Assembly (NCBI GenBank): GCA_965238005.1
Contig: OZ250165.1
Location: forward strand, 4,576,001-4,640,000
Direction of reading: 5' to 3'
Origin: Longimicrobiales bacterium
GTDB lineage: Bacteria; Gemmatimonadota; Gemmatimonadetes; Longimicrobiales; Gaopeijiaceae
Length of the DNA stretch: 64,000 nucleotides
Positions 49,768 through 59,494 of the stretch are shown in pieces. The position numbers were made by a program, and so were the translations under genes. Position 1 is the stretch's first letter. Each line of letters opens with the position of its first letter. The notes beneath the pieces were generated by a model. That model ran no database searches. It worked only from the letters and a program-made list of their open reading frames with translations, and was not told the DNA's origin.

Positions 49768-52052
49768 ACCAGGCTCCTCATCCGCCGGTAGCCCCACTCG
49801 CCGGCCATGAGACTCAAGAGCAGGATGAGGAGGATCGGCATGTCCCAAAGATCCCGCTCCTCGGTGAGGGTCACGCCGGCACCGGTGAGGCTGGTGTCCT
49901 CCGGAAGCGACGCCACGTTGTCAGGGGTGTAAAACAGCCCTCCCGTCTGCTCGGCGATACGCCTGAGCGTGGTGCCTCGCATGCTCGCGTCGAAGTACTC
50001 GTCGTCGGAGGGGGCCGCGTGGACGTGGGTGAGGGCGGTGCCTAGCGTGTCCGCACCCCGGATGGCCTGCACCGACACCTCGTACAGCCCCGGCTCCGAT
50101 GTCGTAAAGCTGGCTTCGTAACGCCCGTCCTGGTCCACCGCCCAGTCCAGGGGTACGGTGAGAGAGTCCCCGCTCGGGCTCAAGATGGTTGCCACGACCT
50201 TGCCGTCATTGACCTCCATGTAGGCCGAGTCGCTCACTTCCGCGGAGATTCCGACCGCCTGTCGAGGCTCCACGACCTCTCTCGCGCCACGGACCCCGAC
50301 ACGGTGGGGCACGCCGTCGGCCAGCCATCGCAGGAGCTGCCGCCAGAACGTCTCGTGGGTCTGATCCTCCAGGGGCACGTCGGCGTGCATCTGCCAGATC
50401 CACGAGTCCTGAATGGGGAGCACGATAACCTTGCCACGACCGTACCGGTGATACGCCAGGACCACCTGCGTCGTGCGGTCTCCCTCACTACCGCCGGTGA
50501 GGAGGCCGGTGGCCCCGGGCTTGAGGCGTGTGATGGGGTTGAGGGATGAGACCGGAGGCAGCGATTCCCACAACTCCCTGATCTCCTCACCCCCGTCCCC
50601 TCCGAGCTGGGTGGTGGGGTGGGTGAGCCCGGTCCGGGTCGGGCTCACGTAGAGCTCCGAGAAGAAGGGCCGTCCGTCGCTCAGCTCGTCGTCCATGAAC
50701 ACGGGCAGGGCCTCTGCCAGAGGCGTCCCTTCGTAGCCTCCCTCCCGGAAGGAGTTGCGTCCCCCGAGCATGAGGAGCCCTCCACCACGTTGGGACACGA
50801 AGTCCGCGATCATGTTGAGTTGATCGTGCGTGAAAAAGCTCGCCTCGACGCTCCCGAGGATGAGAGCCCGGTAACGGAACAGCTCCTCACGCGTCTTGGG
50901 GAAGCCGGCGGCCAGCTCCTCCGCGTCATCGACGTCGAGCCGAAGGAACTTGCTTTCGGCGGTCCGCTGAAGGACCACCACCTGGAGATTCTCGTCGTCG
51001 GAAACAGCGCGACGGATGAACTTCACCTCCCACCGAGGCTCACCCTCGAAGTAGAGGATCTTCTCCGACTCGTCCACGACGTCCACCAGAACCTCACGGA
51101 CATTGTTTCGAGCCACGCGCTCGCCGGCCTGAATCGGTACCCGGAACTGGAGGAGACGCGGCCCACTCTCGGAGGCCTCGAGGCGGACGCGTGCCACCAC
51201 GGGCTCTCCGTCTCCCTCGAGAGTCACCTCCTCGGAGGCCATGAGCTGCCCCGCGTCTTCCACCACCAGGGGGACGGTTCGTCCCGAGTAACCGCGGTGG
51301 GATATGATCACGTCCACCACCAAGGAGGTCCCCTTGAGCACCGATCGCGGGACCTCGACGCGGCTGACCTGCACGTCGGGAGACAGGGTCTCTTCACCCA
51401 GGCCCACCGTGTAGACCGGTACGTTGGCGGCCTGGAAGGGCAGCAACGATTCCGCCAGCGTCTCCCCCGAGTTGTCGGCGCCGTCGGAGATCACGACGAG
51501 GCCCGAGAGGGGCACGCCCGCCAGCTCTTCCTGCGCGCGGACCATGGCTCCTCCGAGCTGCGTGCTCGTTCCCTGGTAGGTCAGCTCCGACACGTCACTC
51601 AATCGGCTCGACCCCCTGCTGAAGCGGAAGAACCGGAGAGCGAACTTGTCATTGAGCTCGGCGAGGAGCTCACTCCCTTCGGCTCCGAAGGTCCGACGGA
51701 TGAAGTCATTGCGGGGAACGCCGTCGGCGTCCGTGATCTGCATGCTCTGAGAGTCGTCGATGAGAATTCCCACGAAGTTCCGCTGCGGCACGACCGTCGT
51801 GAGGACCAGGATCGGCTGGAAGAGGATGAAGACGAGAAGCGCGATCACCCCGAGTCGAAGAGCGGCCATGACCGCCCGGTCCACGGGTCGGGTGTCGCCC
51901 CGGGCCGCGGCGTAGGTGAGGACCGTCGGGATGGACAGGGCAGCCACAAGGCCGAGAACCACCATGGTGGGCCACGGGGACCCAAAGGCGAAGTCGCCCT
52001 CCTGAAAAAGGAGCAGGCGGTACTTGAACAGGAACTCGAAGATCGCCTGCAT
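49764..52052 (-). CDS. Membrane vWA + Ig-like + GATase-like protein
   Basis: 2 TMs; DDSQSM; ISDGADN; GGGLLMLGG; YGRGKV; FWRQLLRWL; LWD..EWGYRR. Confidence 0.82.
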   Translation of the reverse strand: MQAIFEFLFKYRLLLFQEGDFAFGSPWPTMVVLGLVAALSIPTVLTYAAARGDTRPVDRAVMAALRLGVIALLVFILFQPILVLTTVVPQRNFVGILIDDSQSMQITDADGVPRNDFIRRTFGAEGSELLAELNDKFALRFFRFSRGSSRLSDVSELTYQGTSTQLGGAMVRAQEELAGVPLSGLVVISDGADNSGETLAESLLPFQAANVPVYTVGLGEETLSPDVQVSRVEVPRSVLKGTSLVVDVIISHRGYSGRTVPLVVEDAGQLMASEEVTLEGDGEPVVARVRLEASESGPRLLQFRVPIQAGERVARNNVREVLVDVVDESEKILYFEGEPRWEVKFIRRAVSDDENLQVVVLQRTAESKFLRLDVDDAEELAAGFPKTREELFRYRALILGSVEASFFTHDQLNMIADFVSQRGGGLLMLGGRNSFREGGYEGTPLAEALPVFMDDELSDGRPFFSELYVSPTRTGLTHPTTQLGGDGGEEIRELWESLPPVSSLNPITRLKPGATGLLTGGSEGDRTTQVVLAYHRYGRGKVIVLPIQDSWIWQMHADVPLEDQTHETFWRQLLRWLADGVPHRVGVRGAREVVEPRQAVGISAEVSDSAYMEVNDGKVVATILSPSGDSLTVPLDWAVDQDGRYEASFTTSEPGLYEVSVQAIRGADTLGTALTHVHAAPSDDEYFDASMRGTTLRRIAEQTGGLFYTPDNVASLPEDTSLTGAGVTLTEERDLWDMPILLILLLSLMAGEWGYRRMRSLV

Positions 52053-52074
52053 CAGGTGGCTTCCTCGGTCTTCA

Positions 52075-52962
52075 TCAGTGACTCATGGCGTACACGATCG
52101 AGTTCACGCCCATCTCGTAAGCATACGTCGAATACTTGAGCGGATAATAGGGGTGGTCCGCCCACTCCCAGGCGTCGCCCAGGTCGGTGTTGAAGTTGAT
52201 GAACACCATGAGGCGGCCGCTCTCGTCGTAGATGGCCTTGGCCATGGGGATGATGCCGTCGCGCTCGTGGGTCCGCCCGCCGTATATGCCGTTGTTGGGG
52301 TTGGGGACCTGCATGATCTCCTCGATCTCGTAGAAGGTCGTGAAGATCGGGTGTTCGAGCGATAGGTTTACGATGGGATAGCCGGGCAGCACGAGCTGCA
52401 TCTGGTACTCGAAGTTGGCCCACTCGTAGGATCCCCAGAAGTCGTCGATGACCAGGAACCCACCCGCCATGAGGTAGCTTCGCAACCCCTCGATCTCCGG
52501 TTGCGTGAGGGCCATGTAGCCCACCTCGAGGGCGTAGAGGTAGGGGAAGCGGCGTACCTCGGGATCGTCCAGGCGGACCGGATGCTCCCGCTCGTACGCG
52601 TCCAGGTTGGACAGAAGCCGGTCGATGAACGACAGGAATATCTGGTCGGCCTTGGGATAGTCTGTGCGCCACGAGCCGCGGCGTCCGTAGAATCCGCGCC
52701 CGTATCCGGTGTATGCCACGCGGGAGAAGTAGAACTCCCGCGGGATGCCTTCGGCTTGCGCCGCCGCATCCCCTGGCACGCCGGAGTGCGACAGCCCCAG
52801 GGCCGCCGACACGGCCTCCGACGACAGGAAGCGAGTCTCTCCCGTGGTCCGGTCGATGGGGGATCGTTGAGACAGGTCGGACGACGCGTTAGGAAGTGCG
52901 GGCGGACCCGTTAGGAGCGTGAGCGTGGCCGCACTCATGAGAGACACCAATGCGCGCACCAT
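52075..52962 (-). CDS. DUF4159 domain protein
   Basis: WRTDYPKAD, YLMAGGFLVIDDFWG, NTDLGDAWE, MGVNSIVYAMSH. Confidence 0.88.
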   Translation of the reverse strand: MVRALVSLMSAATLTLLTGPPALPNASSDLSQRSPIDRTTGETRFLSSEAVSAALGLSHSGVPGDAAAQAEGIPREFYFSRVAYTGYGRGFYGRRGSWRTDYPKADQIFLSFIDRLLSNLDAYEREHPVRLDDPEVRRFPYLYALEVGYMALTQPEIEGLRSYLMAGGFLVIDDFWGSYEWANFEYQMQLVLPGYPIVNLSLEHPIFTTFYEIEEIMQVPNPNNGIYGGRTHERDGIIPMAKAIYDESGRLMVFINFNTDLGDAWEWADHPYYPLKYSTYAYEMGVNSIVYAMSH

Positions 52963-53205
52963 TCACTCCAATCTCGCCGTTCGACGCTCCCTTCCAGGCC
53001 TCGTTGGCCCAACGCGCGACAGACGGCGTCCAGGCCAGGCCGAGGGGGATGTATCGGTACGTTATGCCCCGGGAAAGGTTCCTCTGAGAAAGCGAGGATC
53101 CTGCCGCCCGGGAAACTGGCGGGAGCGAAGCAAAACACGTAATGGATCCGTAGGGTTCGTCGCGTGAAGCAAGAGTGATGAACTGAAGGCTCTCGAGGCA
53201 TAGCA

Positions 53206-53497
53206 ATGGACCACAGAACCAAGGTCTCGATTCGGGACTTCTGCATCTTCCAGCTCAAGCTGCTGATCGATGGACTCAAGGATGGAGCCGTGTTCACGAT
53301 ATCGTTCGTGGCGTTCGCGGCGGATCTCATCTTCAAGCGTCACGGTGAACGCCGGTTCTTCTACAGGATCATGCGCGTGAGCGAGAGGTTCGACCTGTGG
53401 CTCAACCTGCACGGAGGCGCGCTGCGTGCAGAGTCCGACGAGGACGGGCTGTTCGGGGTCAGCGAGGCCGGGAGCAACACCTTGTTGGGGCAAACCT
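53206..53497 (+). pseudogene. Hypothetical protein truncated at the IS left end
   Basis: FQLKLLIDGLKD...FDLWLNL...GSNTLLGQ runs into the IS terminal repeat. Confidence 0.55.
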
Positions 53498-54977
53498 CGC
53501 TCACCACTGATAGGTAACGCTTTTCTCACCCCTGATGGGTGACAGTCTCGACCCGTAACGTGGCGCTCCTTCGACACGCTCTTGGAGCTGCCCATGCCAT
53601 GGTTGGAGACCGATCCCATGAACGAACGCAAGCGATTCATCCTCGAGGCCACCGCGAGCCTCTTCTCCCACTCCGAACTCTGCCGACGCTACAACATCAG
53701 CCGCAAGACGGGCTACAAGTGGCTCGAACGATACGAGACCCAAGGACCCGACGGGCTGCTCGACCGCTCCCATCGGCCCCATTGCTGTCCCCACGCTACT
53801 GAGCCCCACATCCTCGAGGCTGCCTTCGAGCTCCGCCGTCGTCGACCCCGGTGGGGAGCTGCCAAGATCCTAGGCCGCCTCCTCGAGGTGCACCCCGACT
53901 GGTCGCTACCCGCGCCCCAGGTCCTGCACAGACACTTCCTGCGCGAGGGCCTGGTCAACAAGCTGCGGCGCCGACGTAAATCCTCTCATCCCGGTCGACC
54001 CACCGCGCCCTTCGATGCGCCCAACTCCATCTGGTCCGCCGACTTCAAGGGGCAGTTCAAGACCCTCGACGGCATCTACTGCTACCCGCTCACCGTCCAG
54101 GATGGCTTCAGCCGCTACCTGCTCGCTTGTCAGGGCCTCTCAGGGACCACCTACGCCGGTTCCAGACGTGTTTTCACCCGCCTCTTCCACGAGTTCGGGA
54201 TCCCCGACCGCATCCGTACCGACAACGGTACTCCCTTTGCCTCCATAGCCTTAGGGCGCCTCTCCAGGCTCTCCGTCTGGTGGATCAAGCTCGGCATCCT
54301 GCCCGATCTCATCGAGCCCGCATCTCCCCAGCAGAACGGCCGCCACGAACGCATGCACAAAGACCTCAAGGCTGAGGCCACCATCCCGCCCGCCGGAAAC
54401 CGATCCGCTCAGCAGAAACGCTTCAATGCCTTCCGCATTGATTTCAACGAGATCCGGCCCCACGAGGCCCACGGCCAGAGGCCGCCCGCCTCCGTCTACG
54501 AGCCCTCAACCCGTCCCTTCCCCAGCAAGCTCTTGACCCCCGACTACCCCGCCCACTTCGAGACCCGTAAGGTCTCCATCAACGGCGGCATCCGATGGCA
54601 CTCCGCCTGGGCCAACGTCTCTCATCTGCTCGGCGGCGAATACATTGGCCTCGAGGAGGTCGCCGACGATGTCTGGGCTGTCTACTTCGGTCCCGTCGCC
54701 CTCGGTTGGCTTCACGTCCGAAAAGCTGCCATCCTCGATCACGATGGCTCCTCGTCCCGTAATCCACGACGCTGAGGCCGCGTGAACTGCCCAGCCCCTC
54801 AGACGTCGACGCGAACCGCTACCTTCGTGGAACTCCGCTCGCTTCTACTCCCCTGCGCTCCGGCGCAGCGGAAGCTTCTGACTCCACCGGTGGAGGTAAC
54901 AAAAAAAACAGCAGCTTACCTGACAAGAACTGTCACCCATCAGGGGTGTGTAACTGTTACCCATCAGGGGTACCGCT
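53498..54977 (+). mobile_element. IS481-family insertion sequence
   Basis: Inverted ends sharing CACCCCTGATGGGTGACAG (53527-53545 / 54930-54948), each with a second internal copy; flanking direct repeat CAAACCT (53491-97, 54978-84). Exact tips uncertain by a few bp. Confidence 0.88.
53594..54775 (+). CDS. IS481-family DDE transposase
   Basis: HTH ISRKTGYKWL; WSADFKG; RTDNGTPF; PQQNGRHERMH; RPHEA. Confidence 0.95.
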   Translation: MPWLETDPMNERKRFILEATASLFSHSELCRRYNISRKTGYKWLERYETQGPDGLLDRSHRPHCCPHATEPHILEAAFELRRRRPRWGAAKILGRLLEVHPDWSLPAPQVLHRHFLREGLVNKLRRRRKSSHPGRPTAPFDAPNSIWSADFKGQFKTLDGIYCYPLTVQDGFSRYLLACQGLSGTTYAGSRRVFTRLFHEFGIPDRIRTDNGTPFASIALGRLSRLSVWWIKLGILPDLIEPASPQQNGRHERMHKDLKAEATIPPAGNRSAQQKRFNAFRIDFNEIRPHEAHGQRPPASVYEPSTRPFPSKLLTPDYPAHFETRKVSINGGIRWHSAWANVSHLLGGEYIGLEEVADDVWAVYFGPVALGWLHVRKAAILDHDGSSSRNPRR

Positions 54978-55609
54978 CAAACCTTGGTAGCGGGGACCTC
55001 CAGATCCACTCTGTGTCGCTGACCGGTACAGACGCGGGCGAGTTCGGACTGGAGAGCGGCGGTGGCGCCTCCTTTCTGGTCGCCGGTGCCAGCCAGGACA
55101 TCGTCGTTTTCTTTGATCCGGCTTCCGAGGGTGCCAAGGGAGCAACGCTCCTGATCACGAGCGACGACCCGGACGAGCCCACAGTGAACGTCAACCTCAC
55201 CGGCACAGGCTCGATCTTCCGGTTCCGACAGGTCGACCGGATGGGCATTCCGGCCCTGAACACCGTCTTCAACCACCCTCCCGCGTTCAGCAAGACCGCC
55301 TACAACACGGCCGGTCCCGACGGTGACTTGGCCACCTACACCGGGCTATTCGAGACGGTGCTCGGGGCAGTGGCGAACGCCGATCCGACTGCGACGGCGG
55401 CCCTGCTCCTTCCCGACGAGCTTCCGGTCAGCCTAGGGGCGGCGGTTTCGAACTTCCCGGAGCTCACCGGGAGGAAGCCGGCTGACGACGGTACGGATGT
55501 GGCACTCCAGGTAGTCGTGGGCATCACGGCCCTGCAAAGCGACAACGTGGACGAGAACGATGTGCCGTTCCTCACTTCGTTCCCCTACCTGGCTGCGCCG
55601 AACAACTGA
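54978..55609 (+). pseudogene. 5'-truncated protein: Ig-like (choice-of-anchor D/ASPM-like) domain + DUF4331 C-terminus
   Basis: NLGSGDLQI...ITSDDPDEPTVNVNLTGTG; QVDRMGIPALNT; GRKPADD; FPYLAAP. Begins at the IS right end. Confidence 0.75.
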
Positions 55610-55633
55610 CATGAATGACCAGGGGCTGGACTC

Positions 55634-57007
55634 ATGAAAATCGCGTTGAGCGGTGGCAAGGTGCTCGGGAGGCGGACCGCGGGTCACGCGTGGCTGACCG
55701 GCGCCACACTCGTGATCGGGGCGGCGGTGTGGCTGTTCTCCACGCCACGACATCCGTCGGCGGAGTCCGATCGGTCGGTGACCCCCGAGGTCCTGGCCCA
55801 AGCCCTCTCCAGTGACGTACCCGATCGGCTGACGATGAGCGACGATCTGGACTTCTTTGGGAGGAGGCTCGAGGAGCGGGGGCCAGAGGACGTGCTCGCC
55901 GTCCGGCGCCTCGTATCCGCGAGCCTCCTCCGCTTCCAGACCTACGCGAGGGAGGCCGATTTGGCACGTGCCGAGAAGCATCTGGAGACACTCACGGATC
56001 GGTACCCGGCGTCGTCGAGCCTGTGGGCGACCGTGGCCTCGGCGAGGCTGTCCCGGCATGACTTCTCCGGTGCGGTCCAGGCCGCCGAGCGCTCGGTCCA
56101 GGTCGGTGGCCCCGACGACGCGGGTGCGCGGCTTCGCCTCTTCGACGCCTATCTCGCGACGGGGCGGTACGAGTGGGCCCGCGACCTGCTCAGTCTTCCT
56201 TTCAACCGTGACTCCTTCGCCTACCGGATGCGCGCCGTTCGGCTGCAGGATCGACTCGGCGACGTGGCGGGCGCTCGAGACGGTATGGAGGCCGCCCTGA
56301 CGGTGGCGCGCTCATATGCCCAACCGCCCGCGATCGTGGCGTGGTGCCTCGTCGAGCTCGGGCACCTCGAGCATCACAGCGGACGACCGCATCGAGCAGT
56401 CTCGCGCTATCGGGAGGCGCTGGAGCTCATGCCCGGCAACCCCGCAGCGATCGAGGGGCTGGCCCAAGTGGCGCTGGGCTCGGATCGGGACCCGCGGGCG
56501 GCGGAGGCCCTCTTTCTCAGGGCCCTGGAGAATGGAGCACACCTGGACCTCTACGTGCGCCTGATCGAGATGGCGGAGGGCGCCGGCTGGAGTGAAAGAG
56601 CTGTGAGCTACCGACAGCGGTTTCTCGCCGCCGCGCAGGCGGATGCGTCGACGGAGAGACTCCACCTACGCTCCTTGGCCTTGGTCCTCGGTCGGGAGGA
56701 CGAGACTCTGGACCAGGCCCTTCGATACGCGAGACAGGATCTGGCGAGCCGCCCGACCTCCGAGACATACGCGGTCCTGGGCTGGGTCCTCAGCCGCCTG
56801 GGCCAGACAGGGGATGCGTGGATGTGGATCGAGGCGGCGCAGACCAGGGTCCGGCCAGAGCCCGACGTGGACTATCTTTCCGGGCTCGTCGCGTTGGATG
56901 CGGGGCACGCCGACCGGGGAAGGGAGCTCTTGTCGAGAGCCTTGACCGCGGAAACGGAGATCGGCCCCTTCAAGTCGGAGGCCATCAGGGCCCGTCTGTC
57001 ACGGTAG
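55634..57007 (+). CDS. Membrane-anchored TPR protein
   Basis: N-terminal TM; multiple TPR-like helices; directly follows the DUF4331 gene. Confidence 0.75.
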   Translation: MKIALSGGKVLGRRTAGHAWLTGATLVIGAAVWLFSTPRHPSAESDRSVTPEVLAQALSSDVPDRLTMSDDLDFFGRRLEERGPEDVLAVRRLVSASLLRFQTYAREADLARAEKHLETLTDRYPASSSLWATVASARLSRHDFSGAVQAAERSVQVGGPDDAGARLRLFDAYLATGRYEWARDLLSLPFNRDSFAYRMRAVRLQDRLGDVAGARDGMEAALTVARSYAQPPAIVAWCLVELGHLEHHSGRPHRAVSRYREALELMPGNPAAIEGLAQVALGSDRDPRAAEALFLRALENGAHLDLYVRLIEMAEGAGWSERAVSYRQRFLAAAQADASTERLHLRSLALVLGREDETLDQALRYARQDLASRPTSETYAVLGWVLSRLGQTGDAWMWIEAAQTRVRPEPDVDYLSGLVALDAGHADRGRELLSRALTAETEIGPFKSEAIRARLSR

Positions 57008-57190
57008 GCTCTTCGGGCGCGCTGTCCATCCGGTGCTTCTCGATGAAGTCACCCGTTCCGGTGGGGAGCGGCAGACGACCCAGAGACGGCCCCGCTCCGC
57101 GTCGAAGGCCAACCGACGACCCACGGGGAAGTGCTCGACCACCTGGTTCCCACCGAGTGGGCGGTTGCAGAACATGCAAGTCGTGTACAT
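56999..57190 (-). pseudogene. Internally deleted remnant of a Cys-motif hypothetical protein
   Basis: MYTTCMFCNRPLG...FPVGRRLAFDAERGRLWVVCRS breaks where a second CxxC would be; short out-of-frame tail follows. Confidence 0.5.
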
Positions 57191-57268
57191 CGCGGGTCCG
57201 AGAGAGAAATGTGGCGATGATCACCTCTACTACGGATCCGGTCGGATGAGTGTTCATCTCGTGTGATG

Positions 57269-57377
57269 GTGAACGTCGACGGCCGGGACCCAGTCGTACT
57301 TTTTGGGTATCACGAGTCTGGTCGTGATCGTCACGATGGTCGGCAGCTACGTTCCGGCGTGCCGCTCGGCGAGCACC
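57269..57377 (+). pseudogene. Second ADOP/FtsX-type permease C-terminal remnant
   Basis: NVDGRDPV, frameshift, FLGITSLVVIVTMVGSYVPACRSAS, similar to the usual DP..F....YLPARRAA tail. Confidence 0.5.
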
Positions 57378-57396
57378 AAGCGATCCGAAGGTCGAG

Positions 57397-57627
57397 ATGA
57401 GCCTGCCCGTAAGAGTGTATACCGAGAAGGATGTCGCCCGCGCCCGAAATAGGGGTCAGCTCGTAGGCTGGCTGCAGGGAGGCGCGGTCGTGATCGCAGG
57501 AGCCATCGTCCTGAACATTCTGGGATGGATTCCGGCGGTTCTGGCGGTCGGAGCTATCGGGTACGGGGCCTACAAGGTATACAAATGGTCGTCGAAGCCA
57601 TCGGCGGAAGGCGCCCCCGACTCCTGA
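57397..57627 (+). CDS. Small two-TM membrane protein
   Basis: 76 aa with a hydrophobic hairpin; coding-like codon use. Confidence 0.65.
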   Translation: MSLPVRVYTEKDVARARNRGQLVGWLQGGAVVIAGAIVLNILGWIPAVLAVGAIGYGAYKVYKWSSKPSAEGAPDS

Positions 57628-57781
57628 CGCTGTCGGACTGGCGCGACCCTCACTCCCGTCGCAGCGTCCCATCCGGCCCGATGAACCGAGCAGGCCCCTG
57701 GGCGGTCGCAACCTTCCGGGCCCGTCCGTCGTCTAAGGATGTGCAGCTGACTGTATTCGAACGGCCTCTGGAGGATGATGC

Positions 57782-57994
57782 ATGATCGCCGACGCGTTAG
57801 CCCTTTATTTCAACGTTCTCGTCGCTTTCTGGAGTGGGATGGCAAGAGGCGGGGGCCTACGACTGCTCCTCCTCGGCCTCGCCCTATGGTGGTTCTTCTC
57901 CTGTCGAGGCCGCTGGCGCTGCGGTTGTAGCCACTGCGGATGCTGGTGCGGCCGCTGCCGGTGCGATGAGGTTCGGGTCGAGGACGACGACTAG
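57782..57994 (+). CDS. Small membrane protein with Cys-rich tail
   Basis: GGAGG RBS; hydrophobic N-half; CRGRWRCGCSHCGCWCGRCRC; acidic end. Confidence 0.6.
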   Translation: MIADALALYFNVLVAFWSGMARGGGLRLLLLGLALWWFFSCRGRWRCGCSHCGCWCGRCRCDEVRVEDDD

Positions 57995-58017
57995 GGGCCT
58001 CCTGTAGAGGCCTCTAG
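57991..58017. terminator. Hairpin filling the gap between convergent stop codons
   Basis: CTAGGGGCCTC-CTGTA-GAGGCCTCTAG. Confidence 0.4.
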
Positions 58018-59402
58018 TGCACTAGATGTAGCTCCGTCTGACGCCGGAGCACCCACCGCATCTCGCCCTCGGCCGTGACCTCGGCCTCCTCTTCCAGGGC
58101 CATGCGCACCCGCTGGCCGTCCCACTCGGGCACCGGAGTCGTAACCTGGAGCTCGGTGGAGAACCACATGCTCGGAATCACGAACGGGTCACCGCGACCC
58201 GGCACGCCGCTCTGGTAGTCCCACAGACCGATGAGGGGGCCGGCACCGTGACCGTGGTCGCCGATGGGGTGCGTGTACATGGTCCCGTCCAGACCCTCGG
58301 AGCGCATGACGCTCAGGACCGAGGTGAGGATCTCGTTACCCGACCGGCCGACCCTGGTCTCCTCAAGAAGGATGTCCTGGAGACGGTTGGCGTTGGCGAG
58401 CGCCCGCTCGAGGCCCTCCGGGGCCTCGGTCTCCCCTTCCCGAAGTACGTACGCCATGTGCTGCGTATCGGTGGTCATTCCCATGGCAACGATGCCGAAG
58501 TCACAGTGAAGGACGTCGCCGCGAAGGATGACGGGCGCGATCGAGTCGCCCATCTCCACGCCCCGACGCTGGACGGACAACGAGGGCTGGAACCAGGAGC
58601 CCAGGCCCAGATCGTGGACCCGCTGACGCATCCACCATACCACCTCTGCCGTCGTGGTCTTGCCCGGCTCGATGATCACGTCGGAGAAGGCTGTGCCGAT
58701 GATCTCGTGCACGATGGCCTGCATGTGGCGGTAGGTCGGGGTCATGCCGGGAACCCGCATAGCCAGATAGTCGACGGCCAGAAGGGGCTCACGGACCACC
58801 CGTCCGGCTAGATCGGGTCCAAGCGCTTCCTCCATCTGCTCCCACTCACCTGCCGTCAGCCCATCTGCGAAGTTGATGTCGTGGGAGATGTTCAAGGCGA
58901 TCCGCTGGGGATTTCGCTCACGAACCATGCGGGCAAACAGGTCCCACTGGTCCTTCCCCCACAGCTCCGCCGCTCGACCGTCGGCTGCCAACGCAGTGGC
59001 TCGCACAGCCTCGTAGACTCCGCCCTGAGAGTTGCCGCCCAACGCCATGCGCTCGACGCCCTCATCCGGTCCGCGGTCGTAGAAGATGTAGATCGTGCGA
59101 CGGCGTGCCGCGAAGGTGGTCGCCGAGACGAGAGCCCTGAATACCGGGTCCTCGTTGTACTCGCGCATGGCCACGACCCACATGTCCACTCCGTGCTTCC
59201 GCATGAGCATGGGCAGGTTGGTCTCGAGCCGCTCCTGCAACCATACCTGTTGGACCCGGGCCTGTTCACGGAGGGTGCCGAACGGGCGGGCGGAATCGTA
59301 GTCGCGGGCCTGGGCCTGGAGCGGATTCGGCCCGAGAAGGACCAGTGCCAGGACGAGGCCCATGATCGAGGCGCGGGGACCGGGGCTGCGCGAGGTATCC
59401 AT
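58014..59402 (-). CDS. Secreted M24-family (Xaa-Pro) aminopeptidase
   Basis: Signal peptide; HCDFG, TDTQH, THPIGDHGH, STEL, LEEE. Confidence 0.85.
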   Translation of the reverse strand: MDTSRSPGPRASIMGLVLALVLLGPNPLQAQARDYDSARPFGTLREQARVQQVWLQERLETNLPMLMRKHGVDMWVVAMREYNEDPVFRALVSATTFAARRRTIYIFYDRGPDEGVERMALGGNSQGGVYEAVRATALAADGRAAELWGKDQWDLFARMVRERNPQRIALNISHDINFADGLTAGEWEQMEEALGPDLAGRVVREPLLAVDYLAMRVPGMTPTYRHMQAIVHEIIGTAFSDVIIEPGKTTTAEVVWWMRQRVHDLGLGSWFQPSLSVQRRGVEMGDSIAPVILRGDVLHCDFGIVAMGMTTDTQHMAYVLREGETEAPEGLERALANANRLQDILLEETRVGRSGNEILTSVLSVMRSEGLDGTMYTHPIGDHGHGAGPLIGLWDYQSGVPGRGDPFVIPSMWFSTELQVTTPVPEWDGQRVRMALEEEAEVTAEGEMRWVLRRQTELHLVH

Positions 59403-59494
59403 TCGTGTCGTCTCTTCTTGGGAGGCGTTCCAGGATCTGCGTACTTGTTCCGAAGGACGGTCAGTGGGCCCCCGTTGCCGCAAACCCGCCCCTT

